The notes under the pieces were generated by a model. It was not told the origin of the DNA, ran no database searches, and worked only from the letters and a program-made list of their open reading frames with translations. This document shows positions 19,355 through 20,000 of a stretch of DNA of 20,000 bases, in pieces (the first letter of the stretch is position 1; every line of letters begins with the position of its first letter). The translations under genes were made by a program, and so were the position numbers. Source of the DNA: Psammoneis japonica. Its lineage: Eukaryota. The stretch covers positions 52,430 through 72,429 of the forward strand of contig QPGO01000243.1 of assembly GCA_008632985.1 (NCBI GenBank). Reading direction: 5' to 3'.

Positions 19355-20000
19355 AGCATTGTAGTCACAACCACGAAAAGCAGGAATGGCACACTTGAAA
19401 TCCTTCCAACGGCCACCTCCAGCACTCTCACGAGCATCGACATCAGCCGCCACCCACACAGCAGTCACCATTGTGGGGGTTTAAGTTGGTGATCCATTTC
19501 TCACCATTGCACCCATGCACGTCGCCATCCTCAGATTCTACACATGTGACAATCCCCAAATTTTGCATCTCCATGCACTGCGCTTCAGCTTCAATGGCAG
19601 CTTGCATGCACGGGGTGCCTTCTCAGTCGAATGCTTTCTTGATCAGGAGCACAATGTCACCTCTTGGACAAACAACACTTTTCCACCTGTTCAGCACCTC
19701 GAGTCTATCTTGTTCTGGCCGGTTCTGCTGAAGAAGAAACAATGTCCTATCTTCAACAGGTCTTTTTCTGGCTCTACGCTTTGCATCAGTTCGCCATTTG
19801 AGCGGGTTGTGAGCGCCGTCAAAAACGTGCATGGCTTCAATGCCGTTTTGTTTGTAAAGTCTGTTGTGACGCTGCACCAAAAGTTTTGCTGCTTGACCAA
19901 CAGGTGTCTTCGGTGAGGCATGCACTTGCCTTGCCGCTGTTGGGTCGAGGAGGATCTTGTAAAGAGGAATGGACACGTCAATTGCAACCGTTTCTCCTCT
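19355..20000 (-). pseudogene. Decayed XPG/FEN1/Exo1-family (PIN-like) 5' nuclease
   Basis: RGETVAIDVSIPL (N-domain), AMHVFDGAHNPLK, GTPCMQAAIEAEAQC (I-domain EAEAQ), VESEDGD and GCDY (19372-19361, after a frameshift at about 19460). In-frame TGA at 19625-19623. The 5' end is outside the window. Confidence 0.8.

Larger units (their letters stand above)
17580..20000. mobile_element. Degenerate repeat/transposon-like block with extreme TpA depletion
   Basis: Abrupt compositional shift, tandem arrays, decayed genes with in-frame TGA stops, and no intact host-like gene. Termini and a transposase are not visible, so mobile status is inferred. Confidence 0.5.

Noticed and set aside
18340..19492. 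Multiple overlapping Cys/His-rich ORFs in the tandem arrays
   Set aside because: They are artefacts of TA depletion, which removes TAA/TAG stops and opens all frames.
18001..20000. Ordinary CpG-methylation decay or fungal-type RIP as the sole cause of the TG/CA excess
   Set aside because: CG remains frequent while TA is almost absent, and RIP would increase TA. Some CpG decay (possible CGA->TGA stops) may co-occur.

Overview
Gene-dense eukaryotic nuclear DNA, most likely from a pennate diatom. This rests on short GT-AG introns with CTAAC/CTGAT-type branch points, a bipartite plastid presequence with an ASAFAP-type 'AVA-FAP' motif, and the gene families present. Positions 1-17100 carry about 11 host genes: an unknown protein with a mitochondrial-type N-terminus, RAD52, a Zn/Tudor/R2R3-Myb factor, a beta-helix + PhoX-like phosphatase with a probable 3-nt microexon, a GGCT-like protein, a secreted tandem CBM6-like protein, an RluA pseudouridine synthase, a MAPEG protein missed by the ORF track, a cystathionine gamma-synthase/lyase-family enzyme, a type II peroxiredoxin and a parvulin. 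Many of these genes have single-base deletions, mostly in homopolymers, which look like long-read assembly errors. From about 17580 to the window end the composition changes sharply. This repeat-like block holds a decayed intron-containing gene, two tandem arrays and a decayed XPG/FEN1/Exo1 nuclease, and it is almost free of TpA while keeping CpG. Repeat copies differ by CA<->TG swaps, and Tyr codons appear as Cys or His. This suggests a repeat-targeted TpA->TpG/CpA hypermutation process, a 'reverse RIP', which is the most interesting signal in the window.
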